64,000 nucleotides of DNA from Chiloscyllium plagiosum (Eukaryota): NCBI RefSeq assembly GCF_004010195.1, contig NC_057720.1, positions 35,018,711-35,082,710 on the forward strand, in the 5' to 3' direction. The position numbers were made by a program, and so were the translations under genes. The notes under the pieces are model-generated. The model saw nothing but the letters and a program-made list of their open reading frames with translations. It had not been told where the DNA came from and searched no databases. This document shows positions 63,826 to 64,000 of this stretch, piece by piece (within the stretch, counting starts at the first letter, position 1; every line of letters begins with the position of its first letter).

Positions 63826-64000
63826 TACAACTTGCAATTCAGTTCTGAAAGCATTGTTCTCTTTCATCTTTAAAATACTAAGTAAAGTGTGCAAACTTAA
63901 TACACAGGTAAAGTCAAATTTGCTCTTCAAAAGAAGGTATACATTCAAGAAAATGCATGTACAATATGCACTTACTTGCTCGGCATGTTTGTACAACTAT

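Noticed and set aside
1..64000. CRISPR arrays, operons or prokaryotic defence systems
   Set aside because: No repeat-spacer arrays or gene-dense regions; all RT and GIY-YIG sequences belong to vertebrate retroelements.

Overview
Eukaryotic DNA, almost certainly from an elasmobranch (shark): it carries HE1-type tRNA-derived SINEs and their partner CR1/HER1-type LINEs. Most of the window is truncated, nested retroelements: several CR1 subfamilies, Penelope-like elements (PLEs) with hammerhead-ribozyme motifs, Rex1, RTE, L2 and Deu-SINE remnants, and one solo LTR. Nearly all ORFs in the supplied track are repeat-derived or artefacts of three N gaps. The one well-supported host gene is on the minus strand. 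Two exons (11594-11464 and 9321-9133) have canonical, phase-compatible splice sites and join into the C-terminal ~105 aa of a divergent IL-1-family (beta-trefoil) cytokine. It is most like IL-18, with an IL-33-like C-terminal tail. Its upstream exons were not found. An exactly 500-N gap just upstream coincides with an apparent GC/CpG-rich to AT-rich switch and may be a scaffolding join. Other notable structure: near-perfect PLE-derived hairpins carrying hammerhead cores on both strands, an inverted SINE pair in the cytokine's putative 3' UTR, and two local block duplications. Repeat boundaries are approximate, and family names come from recognition rather than database searches. No CRISPR, rRNA or prokaryotic system is present.
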